From Octopus sinensis (Eukaryota): a stretch of DNA of 64,000 bases. The stretch lies in the NCBI RefSeq assembly GCF_006345805.1, contig NC_043010.1:66278001-66342000 (forward strand), given 5' to 3'. The notes under the pieces are model-generated. The model was not told the DNA's origin, did no database searches, and worked only from the letters and a program-made list of their open reading frames with translations. Each line of letters opens with the position of its first letter. The stretch's first letter is position 1. Positions 1 through 12,541 of this stretch are shown piece after piece. A program made the position numbers and the translations under genes.

Positions 1-212
1 ACTCTTTATTCTTTACTCTTTTACTTGTTTCAGTCATGTGACTGTGGCCATGCTGGAGCACTGCCTTTAGTCGTGCAAATCGACTCCAGGACTTAGTCTT
101 TGTAAGCCTAGTACTTATTCTATTGGTCTCTTTTGCCGAACCGCTAAGTTACGGGGACAAGTGATGTTAGGGGACAAACACAGACACACAAACATATACG
201 CACACATACATA

Positions 213-263
<51 letters not shown>

Positions 264-433
264 GTATGTATGTATATAGACGATGGGCTTCTTTCAGTTT
301 CCGTCTACCAAATCCACTCACAAGGCTTTGGTCAGCCTGAGGCTATAGTAGAAGACACTTGCCCAAGGTGTCACGCAGTGGGACTGAACCAGGAACCATG
401 TGGTTGGTGAGCAAGCTACTTACCACACAGCCA
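1..433 (-). mobile_element. tRNA-headed SINE, family A
   Basis: Reverse complement of the 27356-27753 copy; AAAAGAGT tail at window start. Confidence 0.85.
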
Positions 434-499
434 TGGAAACTTTACTATGACATAAGAAAATAATTAATAACTAACCATTGTCGTTTTTGTCTTACACAG

Positions 500-598
500 A
501 TCACAAGTCAGTTGCAGAACGAGCAGAAGAACTGATGCGACCATTTCTTCACGAATTCCTCACAGCTGCCTATGAAGATTACGACATTGTTATATGGT
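500..598 (+). CDS. UBLCP1: Ubiquitin-like domain-containing CTD phosphatase 1, internal exon
   Basis: AG at 498-499, GT at 599-600; encodes (D)[32 protein letters not shown](S), matching the remembered UBLCP1 segment [34 protein letters not shown]. Upstream exons lie outside the window. Confidence 0.93.
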
Positions 599-744
599 GT
601 GAGTAGTTGATTTTATTTCCAATGATAATTTTGTTTCAGCTCATGTTGTATTGATAAGAATTGTTGATGCTGTTATTGTAGAGTACCTCCATTCTTTGTT
701 ATGCATTATTCATTCACAGGTCCGCCTGGCTGGCTCCCATGCTG

Positions 745-2885
745 GTGGCACATAAAAAGCACCATCTGAACGTGGCCAATGACAGTACCCCCTGACTGGC
801 TCCCGTGACGGTGGAACATAAAAAGCACCATCCGAACGTGTCCGATGACAGTACCCCCTGACCGACTCCCGTGATGGTGGCACATAAAAAGCACCATCTG
901 AACGTGACCAATGACAGTACCCCCTGACTGGCCCCCATGACGGTGGCACATAAAAAGCACCATCTGAACGTGTCCGATGACAGTACCCCCTGACTGGCTC
1001 CGTGACGGTGGCACATAATAAGCACCATCTGAACACGTGGCCGATGATAGTACGCCCTGACTGGCTTCCGTGACGGTGGCACATAAAAAGCACCATCCGA
1101 ACGTGTCCAATGATAGTACCCCCTGACTGGCTCCCGTGACGGTGGCACATAAAAAGCACCATCTGAACACGTGGCCGATGACAGTACCCCCTGACTGGCT
1201 CCCGTGACGGTGGCACATAAAAAGCACCATCCGAACGTGTCCGATGACAGTACCCCCTGACTGGCTCCCGTGACGGTGGCACATAAAAAGTACCATCCGA
1301 ACGTGGCCGATGACAGTACCCCTTGACTGGCTCCCGTGACGGTGGCACATAAAAAGCACCATCCGAACGTGACCGATGACAGTACCTCTTGAGTGGCTCC
1401 CATGCCAGTGGCACATAAAAAGCACCATCTGAATGTGGCCAATGAAAGCACCTCCCGACTGGCTCCCATGACAGTGGCACATAAAACGCACCATCTGAAC
1501 GTGTCCGATGACAGTACCCCCTGACTGGCTCCCGTGACGGTGGCACATAATAAGCTCCATCTGAACACGTGGCCGATGACAGTACGCCCTGACTGGCTTC
1601 CGTGACGGTGGCAGATAAAAAGCACCATCCGAACGTGTCCAATGATAGTACCCCCTGACTGGCTCCCGTGACGGTGGCACATAAAAAGCACCATCTGAAC
1701 ACGTGGCCGATGACAGTACCCCCTGACTGGCTCCCGTGACGGTGGCACATAAAAAGCACCATCCGAACGTGTCCGATGACAGTACCCCCTGACTGGCTCC
1801 CGTGACGGTGGCACATAAAAAGTACCATCCGAACGTGGCCGATGACAGTACCCCTTGACTGGCTCCCGTGACGGTGGCACATAAAAAGCACCATCGAACG
1901 TGAACGATGACAGTGACAGTACCTCTTGAGTGGCTCCCATGCCAGTGGCACATAAAAAGCACCATCTGAATGTGGCCAATGAAAGCACCTCCCGACTGGC
2001 TCCCATGACAGTGGCACATAAAACGCACCATCTGAACGGGGCCTATGACAGTACCTCCTGACTGGCTCCCATGCCGGTGGCACATAAAAAGCACCATCCG
2101 AACGTGACCGATGACAGTACCTCTTGAGTGGCTCCCATGCCAGTGGCACATAAAAAGCACCATCTGAACGTGGCCAATGAAAGCACCTCCCGACTGGCTC
2201 CCATGACAGTGGCACATAAAACGCACCATCTGAACGGGGCCTATGACAGTACCTCCTGACTGGCTCCCATGCCGGTGGCACATAAAAAGCACCATCTGAA
2301 TGTGGCCGATGACAGCACCTCCTGACTGGCACCCATGACAGTGGCACATAAAATGCACCATCTGAATGTGGCCAATGACAGCACCTCCCGACTGGCTCCC
2401 ATGACAGTGGCACATAAAACGCACCATCTTAACGGGGCCTATGACAGTACCTCCTGACTGGCTCCCATGCCGGTAGCACATAAAAAGCACTATCTGAATG
2501 TGGCCGATGACAGTACCCCTTGACTGGCTCCCATGACAGTGGCACATAAAACGCACCATCTGAACATGGCCAATGACAGTACCTCCTGACTGGCTCCCAC
2601 GACGGTGGCACATAAAAAGCACTATCTGAACGTGGCCGATGACAGTACCCCCTGACTAGCACCCGTGACGGTGGCACGTAAAAAGCACTATCCAAATGTG
2701 ATCAATGCCTGGGCCGCTTGACTGGCTCCTGTGCCAGTGATATGTAAAAAGCACCATCTGAACGTAGCTAATGACAGTAATCCCTAACTGGTTCCCATGC
2801 CAGTGGCATGTAAAAAGTACTATCCGAATGTGATCGCTGCCAGGGCTGCCTGACCGACTCCTGTGCCAGTAGCATGTAAAAAGCA
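745..2885. repeat. About 32 copies of a 66-bp minisatellite with higher-order structure, in a UBLCP1 intron
   Basis: Unit GTGGCACATAAAAAGCACCATCYGAACGTGKCCRATGACAGTACCCCCTGACTGGCTCCCRTGACG; starts at 745, 811, 877. Confidence 0.95.
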
Positions 2886-3277
2886 CCCAGAACCAGGTTG
2901 GTAAGCAAACTACTTACCACACAGCCACAACTGAGCCCATGCCAAGTTTTGTTAAATGAAGATGATCTAGATGATAATCATAATAAATGTGGACCAAAGT
3001 TAGAAACTTTGATCTGAATAAATGTGGATTGACATTACAAAGTTTTAAAACTAGTTTTGAGTGCAAATATGTAGAGAATCATGAGTTAGGTGTTAGGAAA
3101 GGCATCAAGCTGTTGAAACCATACCAAAATAGATAGTTGGAGCCTGGTGCAGCTCTCCGCCTTGCCAGTTCCTTGTCAAACTGTCCAACCCATGCCAGAT
3201 TGGAAAATAGACTATCAAATGACGATGCCAGGGACAATGTTTCCACTGTTGACTTGACAACAACAATGAGTCATTAA

Positions 3278-3497
3278 CCCTTTCGATACCAACCTGGCTG
3301 AAACTACCTTTGGCTCTCAATACAAATTCTTGTTTTCATAAGTTTTGAATTAAAATCTTCCACCAAGCCTTAGTCACAATTTATGTTCCTAACACTAGCT
3401 TAATGATAACTAAGTTATTTTACTAAATTCTTTGTTATATTTAAAATTAATTGAAAGAAACACAGAGCATCTTAACAGAAATATGGTAATAAAAGGG
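3278..3497. mobile_element. piggyBac-type MITE, family 1
   Basis: TTAA|CCCTTT ... AAAGGG|TTAA. Confidence 0.8.
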
Positions 3498-3528
3498 TTA
3501 AAATATATAATAGAGAAACAATTCTTAA

Positions 3529-3734
3529 CCCTTTCGTTACCAACCCAGCTGAAACCAGCTCTGGCTCTGAGTACAAATTTCTTGTTTTCATAAGTTTTGA
3601 ATTAAAATCTTCCACCAAGCCTTAGTCACAATTTATGTTCCTAACACTAGCTTAATGATAACTAAGTTATTTTACTAAGTTTTTTGTTATATTTAAAATT
3701 AATTGAAAGAAACAGAAATAAAGTAATGAAAGGG
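3529..3734. mobile_element. piggyBac-type MITE, family 1, second copy
   Basis: TTAA|CCCTTTCG ... AAAGGG|TTAA; body nearly identical to 3278-3497. Confidence 0.8.
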
Positions 3735-3992
3735 TTAACCAGTGTCAAATTTATAGAGGTGATGGGTTAACTATAACAAATATTTGAAAAGAAGTGCTTA
3801 ATAAACAAACACGATGAACATTGTGTATTTGTTGTTGTTGTTGTTGTTGTGTGTTGCCTTTCGTGTCATTATGTTGCATTGTTCTCATACATTATACTCT
3901 TTTGCTTGTTCCAGCCCATGGGCTGCTGCCATGCTGGGGCCATCTTTTATATGTCATCTTTTAAATCTGTGTTGTCTTTCCCCTTCTGTCAG

Positions 3993-4129
3993 CGGCGACC
4001 ACGATGAAATGGATTGAGATTAAGATGAAAGAACTCGGGGTAACTAGTCATGTAAACTACAGGATAACCTTCATGCTCGACTATATGGCTATGATTAGCG
4101 TACACACTCCAAAATATGGAGTTGTCAAG
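3993..4129 (+). CDS. UBLCP1: UBLCP1 internal exon
   Basis: AG 3991-3992, GT 4130-4131; phase fits previous exon (T+CG=Ser); [45 protein letters not shown]. Confidence 0.94.
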
Positions 4130-4186
4130 GTCAGTAACATTTTGTGTATATATATATATGTGTGTGTGTTTGTGTGTTTTCTTTTA

Positions 4187-4602
4187 TACTCTTTTACTCT
4201 TTTACTTGTTTCAGTCATTTTGACTGCGGCCATGCTGGAGCACCGCCTTTAATCGAGTAACTCGACCCCGTGACTTATTCTTTTGTAAGCCCAGTACTTA
4301 TTCTATCGGTCTCTTTTGCCGAACCGCTAAGTGACGGGGACATAAACACACCAGCATCGGTTGTCAAGCAATGCTAGGGGGACAAACACAGACACACAAA
4401 CATATACACACACACTTATATATATATATACATATATACGACAGTCTTCTTTCAGTTTCCGTCTACCAAATCCACTCACAAGGCATTGGTCAGCCCGGGG
4501 CTATAGCAGAAGACACTTGCCCAAGATGCCACGCAGTGGGACTGAACCCGGAACCATGTGGTTGGTTAGCAAGCTACTTACCACACAACCACTCCTGCGC
4601 CT
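4187..4602 (-). mobile_element. SINE family A, full length
   Basis: Head GGCGCAGGAGTGG, box B-like GGTTCAGTCCC, internal (TA/CA)n, AAAAGAGT tail. Confidence 0.88.
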
Positions 4603-5005
4603 TTATATGTTGTTTCATTTATTTATTTGCGTCCAACCCATGCTAGCATGGAAAACGGATGTTAAACAATGATGATGATGATCCAGAAGTGCAATAGACA
4701 ATGATGATGATGCAGGTTTTTCTCAGACCTTCAAACTATTTTTCTCTGAACTTCAAACATGAACGGCACTATAGCCGGATATGTTTCCATGGGAAATTAC
4801 AAATGTTGCTTGTATAACAGTAACATTTGTTTACAGTTAGCAGGTGGTGTCAAGAGAAGGAGATACATACACACACACACACACATATGGTGGGCTTCCT
4901 TTAATTTCCATGTACCTTATCTCCTCACACTGTTTTGGTCAGCCCAAAGCAACGATAGAGGACATCTATGCAAGCTGCTGCACAATAGGATTGAACCTGA
5001 AACTC

Positions 5006-5042
<37 letters not shown>

Positions 5043-5047
<5 letters not shown>

Positions 5048-5359
5048 CGGTGGCACATAAAAAACACCATCCGAGCGTGGCCGTCTGCCAGCCTCGTCTG
5101 GCACCTGTGTCGGTGGCACATAAAAAACACCATCCGAGCGTGGCCGTTTGCCAGCCTCGTCTGGCACCTGTGTCGGTGGCACATAAAATCACCCACTACA
5201 CTCTCGGAGTGGTTGGCGTTAGGAAGGGCATCCAGCTGTAGAAACACTGCCAGATCTGACTGGACTGGTGCAGCTTTCGGGCTCCCCAGACCCCAGTTGA
5301 ACCGTCCAACCCATGCTAGCATGGAAAGCGGACGTTAAATGATGATGATGATGATGATG

Positions 5360-5391
<32 letters not shown>

Positions 5392-5720
5392 TATATATAT
5401 ATGTGTCGGTGGCACATAAAAAACACCATCCGAGCGTGGCCGTCTGCCAGCCTCGTCTGGCACCTGTGTCGGTGGCACATAAAAAACACCATCCGAGCGT
5501 GGCCGTTTGCCAGCCTCGTCTGGCACCTGTGTCGGTGGCACATAAAATCACCCACTACACTCTCGGAGTGGTTGGCGTTAGGAAGGGCATCCAGCTGTAG
5601 AAACACTGCCAGATCTGACTGGACTGGTGCAGCTTTCGGGCTCCCCAGACCCCAGTTGAACCGTCCAACCCATGCTAGCATGGAAAGCGGACGTTAAATG
5701 ATGATGATGATGATGATGAT
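5043..5720 (+). mobile_element. Two tandem copies (period 359) of an RTE-type 3' end with (GAT)n tail
   Basis: 5043-5360 and 5402-5720 appear identical, each with 63-bp GGCACATAAAA modules and a CCAACCCATGCTAGCATGGAAAGCGGACGTTAAATGATGAT end. Confidence 0.85.
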
Positions 5721-6301
5721 ATATATATATATATAATAGTATTTGATGATGTAAATGGTTCTTTTTTCCTTCTTAGACAATTATAGAGTTTGAGAGTACT
5801 TGAGCAAAGACAACATCAGGTTGAGGAAACTGTTTAACCTTGTTATAGACATAACAACCACAATCAAAATACACCCGGTACACCCTGTGATTTGGTTAGG
5901 GATAAAAAAGGGCATCAAGGCACAAAAACCAAGCAAAAAATTAAATGAGGGAGAGAGAGAGACACATACACACACACAGATGTGGTCCTCCAACTTGGCT
6001 ATGAGAGACGTTGTTCTAAATAACAACAAACTCAGACTGTAGTTAGGGTACAGGGTACAAGGCTAGCAATTTCAACTAACTACCTGTCCAACCCATATCA
6101 GCATGGAAAATGTATATAAAATGGTGATGATGATGAAGTTAGAGGAGACGGAGAATAGTAGCCGAGACTTTTGTTAAGCCTGCCTGCTTGGACAAGTGAA
6201 ACCAATGCGGCCAACATCCAACCTGACCATCTGCACACAAAAGAATTATAATTCTATGCTATATGAGCTTATTTGAACGTTATTATTGTATTTCCTTTCA
6301 G

Positions 6302-6415
6302 GTCAAGCCTTTGGGTGTCATTTGGGGAAAATTCAGCCACTGGTCAGCAAAGAATACTATCATGTTCGATGATGTCCGACGTAACTTCCTGATGAATCCA
6401 CAGAGTGGTTTAAAA
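6302..6415 (+). CDS. UBLCP1: UBLCP1 internal exon
   Basis: AG 6300-6301, GTAAG at 6416; 38 codons [38 protein letters not shown] including the conserved NTIMFDD..RNFLMNP motif. Confidence 0.95.
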
Positions 6416-6704
6416 GTAAGGGAATGGCTTTTGTTTTGTATTTTTTAAACTTTAGCCAGTTAGTCATGTGATATTACTATTAACCCCTTTTCACTGTTAT
6501 TTAAACCCTTATCAAACAACTACCACTGAGCATTCTCTCTCTCTCTCCCTTTCCTTTTCTTCTCTCTCGCCCCCTCTTATCGCCTCTTTCGTCTCTCTTC
6601 CCTCTTCCCTCCCACCTGTTCTTCTTTCTATCTTTTCTCTCTTCACTTCCAATGTTGTATTCAGGTTTAACTGTATTACCTTGCCTATTCTCTTCTCACC
6701 TCAG

Positions 6705-6832
6705 ATCCGACCTTTCAAGTCAGCTCATGTGAACCGTAGCACTGACCGAGAACTTCTGGAGCTCTCAAAATATCTTAAGGTCATTGCACCACTTGAAGAC
6801 TTCGGCCATCTGAAACATTCACACTGGGAAAG
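6705..6832 (+). CDS. UBLCP1: UBLCP1 penultimate coding exon
   Basis: CAG acceptor 6702-6704, GTGAG at 6833; IRPFKSAHVNRSTDRELLELSKYLKVIAPLEDFGHLKHSHWE(R). Confidence 0.94.
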
Positions 6833-7165
6833 GTGAGCACCATGTATCAATTTCAATTCCTTTTTACAATTTAACCATTTGGGGAAAATGCTGGGTCTAC
6901 AGCAGTGGTTCTCGACCTTTTTAGTATCTGGGCCAGATTCAAAGCCTGGTTTTCGGGGCCACACCCAAAATGTGGGCGGGGACACACTCAAAAAATATGG
7001 AACAAGTCAGTTAAAGAAAAATTTATTATATCTATAGAGTAAAGACCATCAGAAGCCACCAGACTCCAGTCTAATTTGGCATGCTTTCTACAGCTAGATG
7101 TCCTCCCTAATGCCACTGACTGCTTTTATGTGGCACTGCCACAGGCACTTTTATGTGATGCCACT

Positions 7166-7375
7166 TACTCTTTACTCTTTTACTTGTTTCAGTCATTTGA
7201 CTGCGGCCATGCTGGAGCACCGCCTTTAGTCGAGCAAATCGACCCTGGGACTTATTCTTTGTAAGCCCAGTACTTATTCTATCGGTCTCTTTTGCTGAAC
7301 CGCTGAGTGACGGGGACGTAAACACACCAGCATCGGTTGTCAAGCAATGCTAGGGGGACAAACAAACACACACAA

Positions 7376-7412
<37 letters not shown>

Positions 7413-7582
7413 CATATATACGATAGGCTTCTTTCAGTTTCCGTCTACCAAATCCACTCACAAGGCATTGGTAGGCCCGGGGCTATAGCAGAAGACACTT
7501 GCCCAAGATGCCACGCAGTGGGACTGAACCCAGAACCATGTGGTTGGTTAGCAAGCTACTTACCACACAGCCACTCCTGCAC
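7166..7582 (-). mobile_element. SINE family A inserted into an RTE 3' UTR
   Basis: Full SINE-A; RTE 3' UTR sequence resumes on both sides. Confidence 0.85.
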
Positions 7583-7654
7583 TTGGGAACTTTTACATGT
7601 CATCACATGGGCACTTTTATGTGGCATTGCCATGAGTGCTTTACACCACCAGAA

Positions 7655-7890
7655 AGAAGTATCGGTCTTAGCATATCTGCTGTGGAGTAAAGGTCTTCCT
7701 GAGTACAGCAAGGTGCCAGGTATCTCGGTCCTTTGTCATTTCACCCGAACGGTTTAGCTTCCTGAGGTCACTCTTCAGTACTTTATCCAATGCTTTCCTG
7801 TGTCTCCCACTATTACATGTTCCATCCACTCTGAGAGATCGGCACTTCTTTATGGAGCTGTCAGCAGCCATCCTTGTCATATGAGCACGT
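7655..7890 (-). mobile_element. RTE-clade LINE ORF2 C-terminal relic
   Basis: GRHRKALDKVLKSDLRKLNRSGEMTKDRDTWHLAVLRKT resembles RTE GRPRKTW..V..DL......M..DR..W. Confidence 0.7.
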
Positions 7891-7897
7891 AATTTCT

Positions 7898-8503
7898 TAT
7901 TTTATTTACTGCCCACAAGGGGCTACACACAGAGGGGACAAACAAGGACAGACAAATGCATTAAGTCGATTATATTGACCCCCAGTGCGTAACTGGTACT
8001 CAATTTATCGACCCCGAAAGGATGAAAGACAAAGTCGACCTCGGTGGAATTTGAACTCAGAACATAGCGGCAGACGAAATACCTATTTCTTTACTACCCA
8101 CCAAGGGTCTAAACACAGAGGGGACAAACAAGGACAGACAAACGGATTAAGTCAATTACATTGGCCCTCAGTGCGTTACTGGTACTTAATTTATCGAGCC
8201 CGAAAGGATGAAAGGCAAAGTCGACCTCGGTGGAATTTGAACTCAAAACATAGCGGCAGACGAAATATCTATTTCTTTACTACCCATAAGGGGATAAACA
8301 CAGAGGGGACAAACAAGGACAGACATAGGTATTAAGTTGATTATATCGACCCCAGTGCGTTACTGGTACTTAATTTATCGAGCCCGAAAGGATGAAAGGC
8401 AAATTTGACCTCGGTGGAATTTGAACTCAGAACATAGCGGCAGACAAAATACCGCTAAGCATTTCGCCCGGCATGCTAACGATTCTGCCAGCTCGCCGCC
8501 TTG
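7898..8503 (-). mobile_element. SINE family C with a triplicated 185-bp body
   Basis: Head GGCGAGCTGGCAGAATCGTTAGC at 8502; units at 7928, 8114, 8299; TSD-like 17-mers at 7881-7897 and 8504-8520. Confidence 0.8.
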
Positions 8504-8589
8504 ATGAGCGCATAATTTCTGTCAGATAACTTCATTTTCTCTCCTACTTCTGTTCTATTCATGTCTGCAATAAATCATTTCTTTTCTAG

Positions 8590-8716
8590 ATACAAATCAA
8601 AAAGAAAGTACAATGACATAGCCTCGACATCATCAAGGTCTTCAAGCGGCAGAGAATCTCGTCATTCTAAAGATGGAAACGATCATACACCCTCACACCG
8701 AAATCAGGAAGGATAA
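8590..8716 (+). CDS. UBLCP1: UBLCP1 terminal coding exon
   Basis: Pyrimidine tract plus TAG 8587-8589; AG+A completes Arg, then YKSKRKYNDIASTSSRSSSGRESRHSKDGNDHTPSHRNQEG, TAA 8714-8716; AATAAA at 8795-8800. Confidence 0.8.
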
Positions 8717-11158
8717 ATTTTTTTCTTTTAATGAGTACCATTTATTTTAATTATATATATTTTTTTCTCAACCTCCTGTCTCTTGCAATTGTTTAATAAA
8801 ATATAACCAATTTTTTTGGTTAAAACTGGAAAAAGGTAAACCATGTGAAAACTGTCATGGTTTAATATAATATAAAATAGAAAAAAAGATGATGAGAGAC
8901 GTTTGTATCCCAACCACATAGTTTCGGATTTAGTCCCACTATGTGGCACCTTGGGTATTAATATCTACGAAAGAGAAATATATTTATTGGATATGATAAT
9001 AGTAATTAAATAAATTCTAATCGGGAAAATAGGAAATATTCATAGAAATGTTAAATATGAAGCAGACAATTATATATTTAGTTATATATTTAATTATATA
9101 TTTAATGTTCTGTCATAGTTATCTTGCATTTAGAGGCTTACTGAAACTAAGATAATTATATAAATATCCTATTTCGTTCAGTAGCGGTTAATTCCTTTCA
9201 GCTGCGATCAATCTTTGCTTTTCTCACTCATCCTCTCGTCTCTGTAGCCAATAAAATTCGTACATTTATTCTGGTTATTCACAGGGGTTTAGTTCCAAAA
9301 AACACAGTGATAAATAAATAAATCGTCTCCACGCACTTCGTAAATGGAATGACTGGTAGATTCAGTGACACCAGACTCGTGGCCCTCAGCAGTGAAGCTT
9401 CCCACAGTCACATAGTTTCTTGATCGTTTCTGCCTTTTCCTATGGAAGATTTACTTGTCTGCATTGTTAGGATCGGGCGCCTTCGTATTTTTTGGTTCCA
9501 TGCAAATGGGGGTATGTAAATCCGTGCAAAACATATGCCACCTCATGGCACAGTTGTGTAAACAAAAGCAGTAGTCAAAGCATTCTGAGTAGCTGAGCAT
9601 TGTGGGTGGTTGCTGGGGCCACATCTTTGCATTCCAAGCAGAATCTCTGACTGATCGTTGACCCATGTTATCACAAATCAATTTGTGATATAAGGGTAAC
9701 CTGGTTCACAAGAGAGCATATTCAGTTAACATGTATCCGGCAAAATACTGAGGTTGCTGTCATCAATAAAAAAAAATCCTCCCATTCCTGAGTGGGGTGG
9801 TCAGTGAGTGAAAGATGTTGCTCTAGCATGGCCACATCCTAATGGCTAAGATCAATAAAAGATCTTTAATCACATTTACATTTGTTTATCTCTGACTAAG
9901 AATGCTTCAAGCAAAAAATCTAGTATGTTTATAGTCAAATGGTGCTTTGGTGAGTTTGCTTCTTTTTGGAAGACATTCCTAGTCATGTAACCCTTGGTCA
10001 CCCTTGATGAAAGGTATTCCAGCCATGACCATTCCATCTCTCTCTTTTTTTTTTTTGTTTTTAGATAAACTATATTCAGGACCACATCATTTAACGTTCT
10101 CTTATTTTGTTATAGATGGTAGGGTGTGATATGCAAGGAATTTCTGCTATTTCTAGCAGGTTGGATGACCGCATATACGCTTCCTTGATGGCTCTAGACA
10201 TCTGACTAGAAGTAAGGTGGTACTTGTTGTTACTTGGGAATGGTCTATTGACTGACCCTCATGAAAGCAAAGCATTCTTGCTTCCAATATCAGGAGATTG
10301 TCATTCATTGAGAATTCTCTTTCTCTCTCTCTCCCTCATACACACAAGACCAAATGTTTTTTAAAATATGAACAGGATTTCAGTATAAGAAAGAATAAAT
10401 TAATAAGTCAATCCTTTTAATCTACCAATATATGTGTGTATTTGTGTAAGAGTCAATGAGAACTTTTCTCACCACTTTGACAAAAAAAAAAAAAAATCGT
10501 AAACAAGTCATCATATTGATCAGGATGGTGATAGCAAATTTAAGAAATGTGTATCTGTAAATTTACAGACTCTTCTAACCCTCTATTTCGACATCAGTAT
10601 ACTGAACCAGATGTCATTATCATAACTAATGGTTGTGTGTGTATGAATGAATGAAAAAAGAAGGTAGCAAGCTGGCAGAATTGTCAGCATGCTGGACAAA
10701 ATGCCTCACAATATTTCTTCCAGCTTTATGTTCTGAGTTCAAATTCCACCAAGGATGACTTTGCTTTCATCTTTTTAGGATTGATAAAATAAGTAACACT
10801 TGAGCACTGGGGTTCGATGTAATCACCTGAACCCCTCCTCCAAAATTTCAAGCCTTGTGACTCTAGCAGAAAGGATATGTGTGTGTGTATGTATATATGT
10901 ATGTACGTACATACCCGTGTGTGTGTGTAAGTTGGCAAACTGGCAGAATCGTTAGCATGCCAGACAAAATGCTTCACAGCATTTCTTCTGGTTTTACATT
11001 TTGAGTTCAAATTCTGCCAAGGTTGTTTTTGTTTTCATCCTTTTAGGGTCGATAAAATAAGTACCACTCAAGTACTGGAGTTGAGGTAATCGACTAACTC
11101 TCTCCTCCAAGATTCCCAGCCATGTGCCTATAATAAAAAATATGTGTGTGTGTGTGCG

Positions 11159-11735
11159 CGTATGTGATGGCTATCCACTCGTGACTGAGGAAGACTATTG
11201 CTGACCTTCAGGAACATCGTGCACTCTAGGACTAACTTATATTTTGCATTTGCGGCTCTGTTGGTGGCTAAAGGGCCCTGCTCTTCACAAGCATACACGA
11301 TTGCAAACAAAGCTTTCCCCATCACTACACTAGCAGTGCGCTTTCGAGCAGCACGCTTAAGTTCTTCATGCAGAATACGTGCTCTCTCAAAAGTGTCGAA
11401 CCCCGCTCCTTAACCTGCTTCCTCCATCTGTGGTGATGACAGGTATTGCTCTCCTAGTCAGTCTCCTACATATCAAAGGCCTTTAATGAGGACTTGACGC
11501 AGTCCTTAAATCACAACCTTGGTTTCTGCCGGGGTCTCTTTCCATTCACAAGTTCTCCGTATAGCATCTGCTTAGGGATCCTGCTATCCTTCATTCTAAT
11601 AAGGTGTCCAGTCCAACATAACTGGTGCTTGTGCACCATCTCCTCAATAGCCAAGATATCAGCTGTCCTCAGGACCTGTGTGTCTGGAGTTTTTAATGTC
11701 CAGCCAACATTCAGAATGTGTCTCAGACATCTCTG
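11159..11735 (-). mobile_element. RTE/BovB-like LINE ORF2 3' relic
   Basis: HQLCWTGHLIRMKDSRIPKQMLYGELVNGKRPRQKPRL is a typical RTE post-RT motif; stops follow. Confidence 0.85.
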
Positions 11736-12330
11736 ATGAAAGCGTGTATGTATGTACATATATACACACATATACATATCAACTGTTATACGTACTCATT
11801 TTCCGACTTTATATATGTATTAACTTTTACAAGGAAAAGATTAATAACTTCGAAGTTTTGGCTTGCTCACTTGTATCAGATTATCTGATACTGGTAAGCA
11901 AGTGAAACCTTTCATGTCCTAGTTACTATCGGCCTCTCCTTCATAAAATTTAATAAATATGTGCTCTACTTAAAAATAGAATAATCCTTAAACTTAACCC
12001 ATTAGCATTTAATCTGGCCATATCTGACTAAAATATTCTACCTGTTTTATGTTGAAACCATATTGATCAGGCTTCTCACAACTACCCTACAATATCGGTT
12101 TAGAAATAAACAAGCACATTATATTAATTTTGAAGCTACAAGATAATGTATGATTAATTCAAAACAATGTGAACAAGAGCATTCAGAGAGCACAAACCTC
12201 TGCCGAGGCAACACCAACGTCCTCTTATCGATTAGCCAGAGATGATTTTTAAAATGAGAATATCTGAAATAAACTCGACTGCTCTCACAAACAAGAATAC
12301 TTAAAAACAACCTGACCGCTCTCAAAAATT

Positions 12331-12541
12331 AAGTCAAAAAAGCAGGAAAAATAATCTACAATCCTTGTCCAGTACTGGATCAATCCCAAAATCTAATCAG
12401 TTCATGCTGGTTACAAGGCCAAACATCCCTGAAGCTTTTCATTCAAATCCAACCAGTGGTTCGCGAGATACCTTGTCCTCAGACAAACAAACAAACACAA
12501 CTGAAAACAATACCTCTGCCTTTGCTAAGGCGGAGGTAATA
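12331..12541. mobile_element. Helentron/HINE-like non-autonomous element
   Basis: (CAAA)n near the end and terminal stem-loop ACCTCTGCCTT-TGCT-AAGGCGGAGGT followed by AAT. Confidence 0.55.

Noticed and set aside
706-2695. Minus-strand ORFs of 638, 567 and 430 aa
   Set aside because: All three frames are open because the 66-bp unit is a multiple of 3 and stop-poor; the repeat is LINE-UTR derived and intronic.
745-2885. CRISPR-like array
   Set aside because: Units are contiguous with no unique spacers, no cas genes, and the context is eukaryotic.
9330-9800. Higher-GC segment after UBLCP1 as an extra exon or gene
   Set aside because: Stops in the frames I read and no recognisable motif; probably an old unclassified retroelement fragment.
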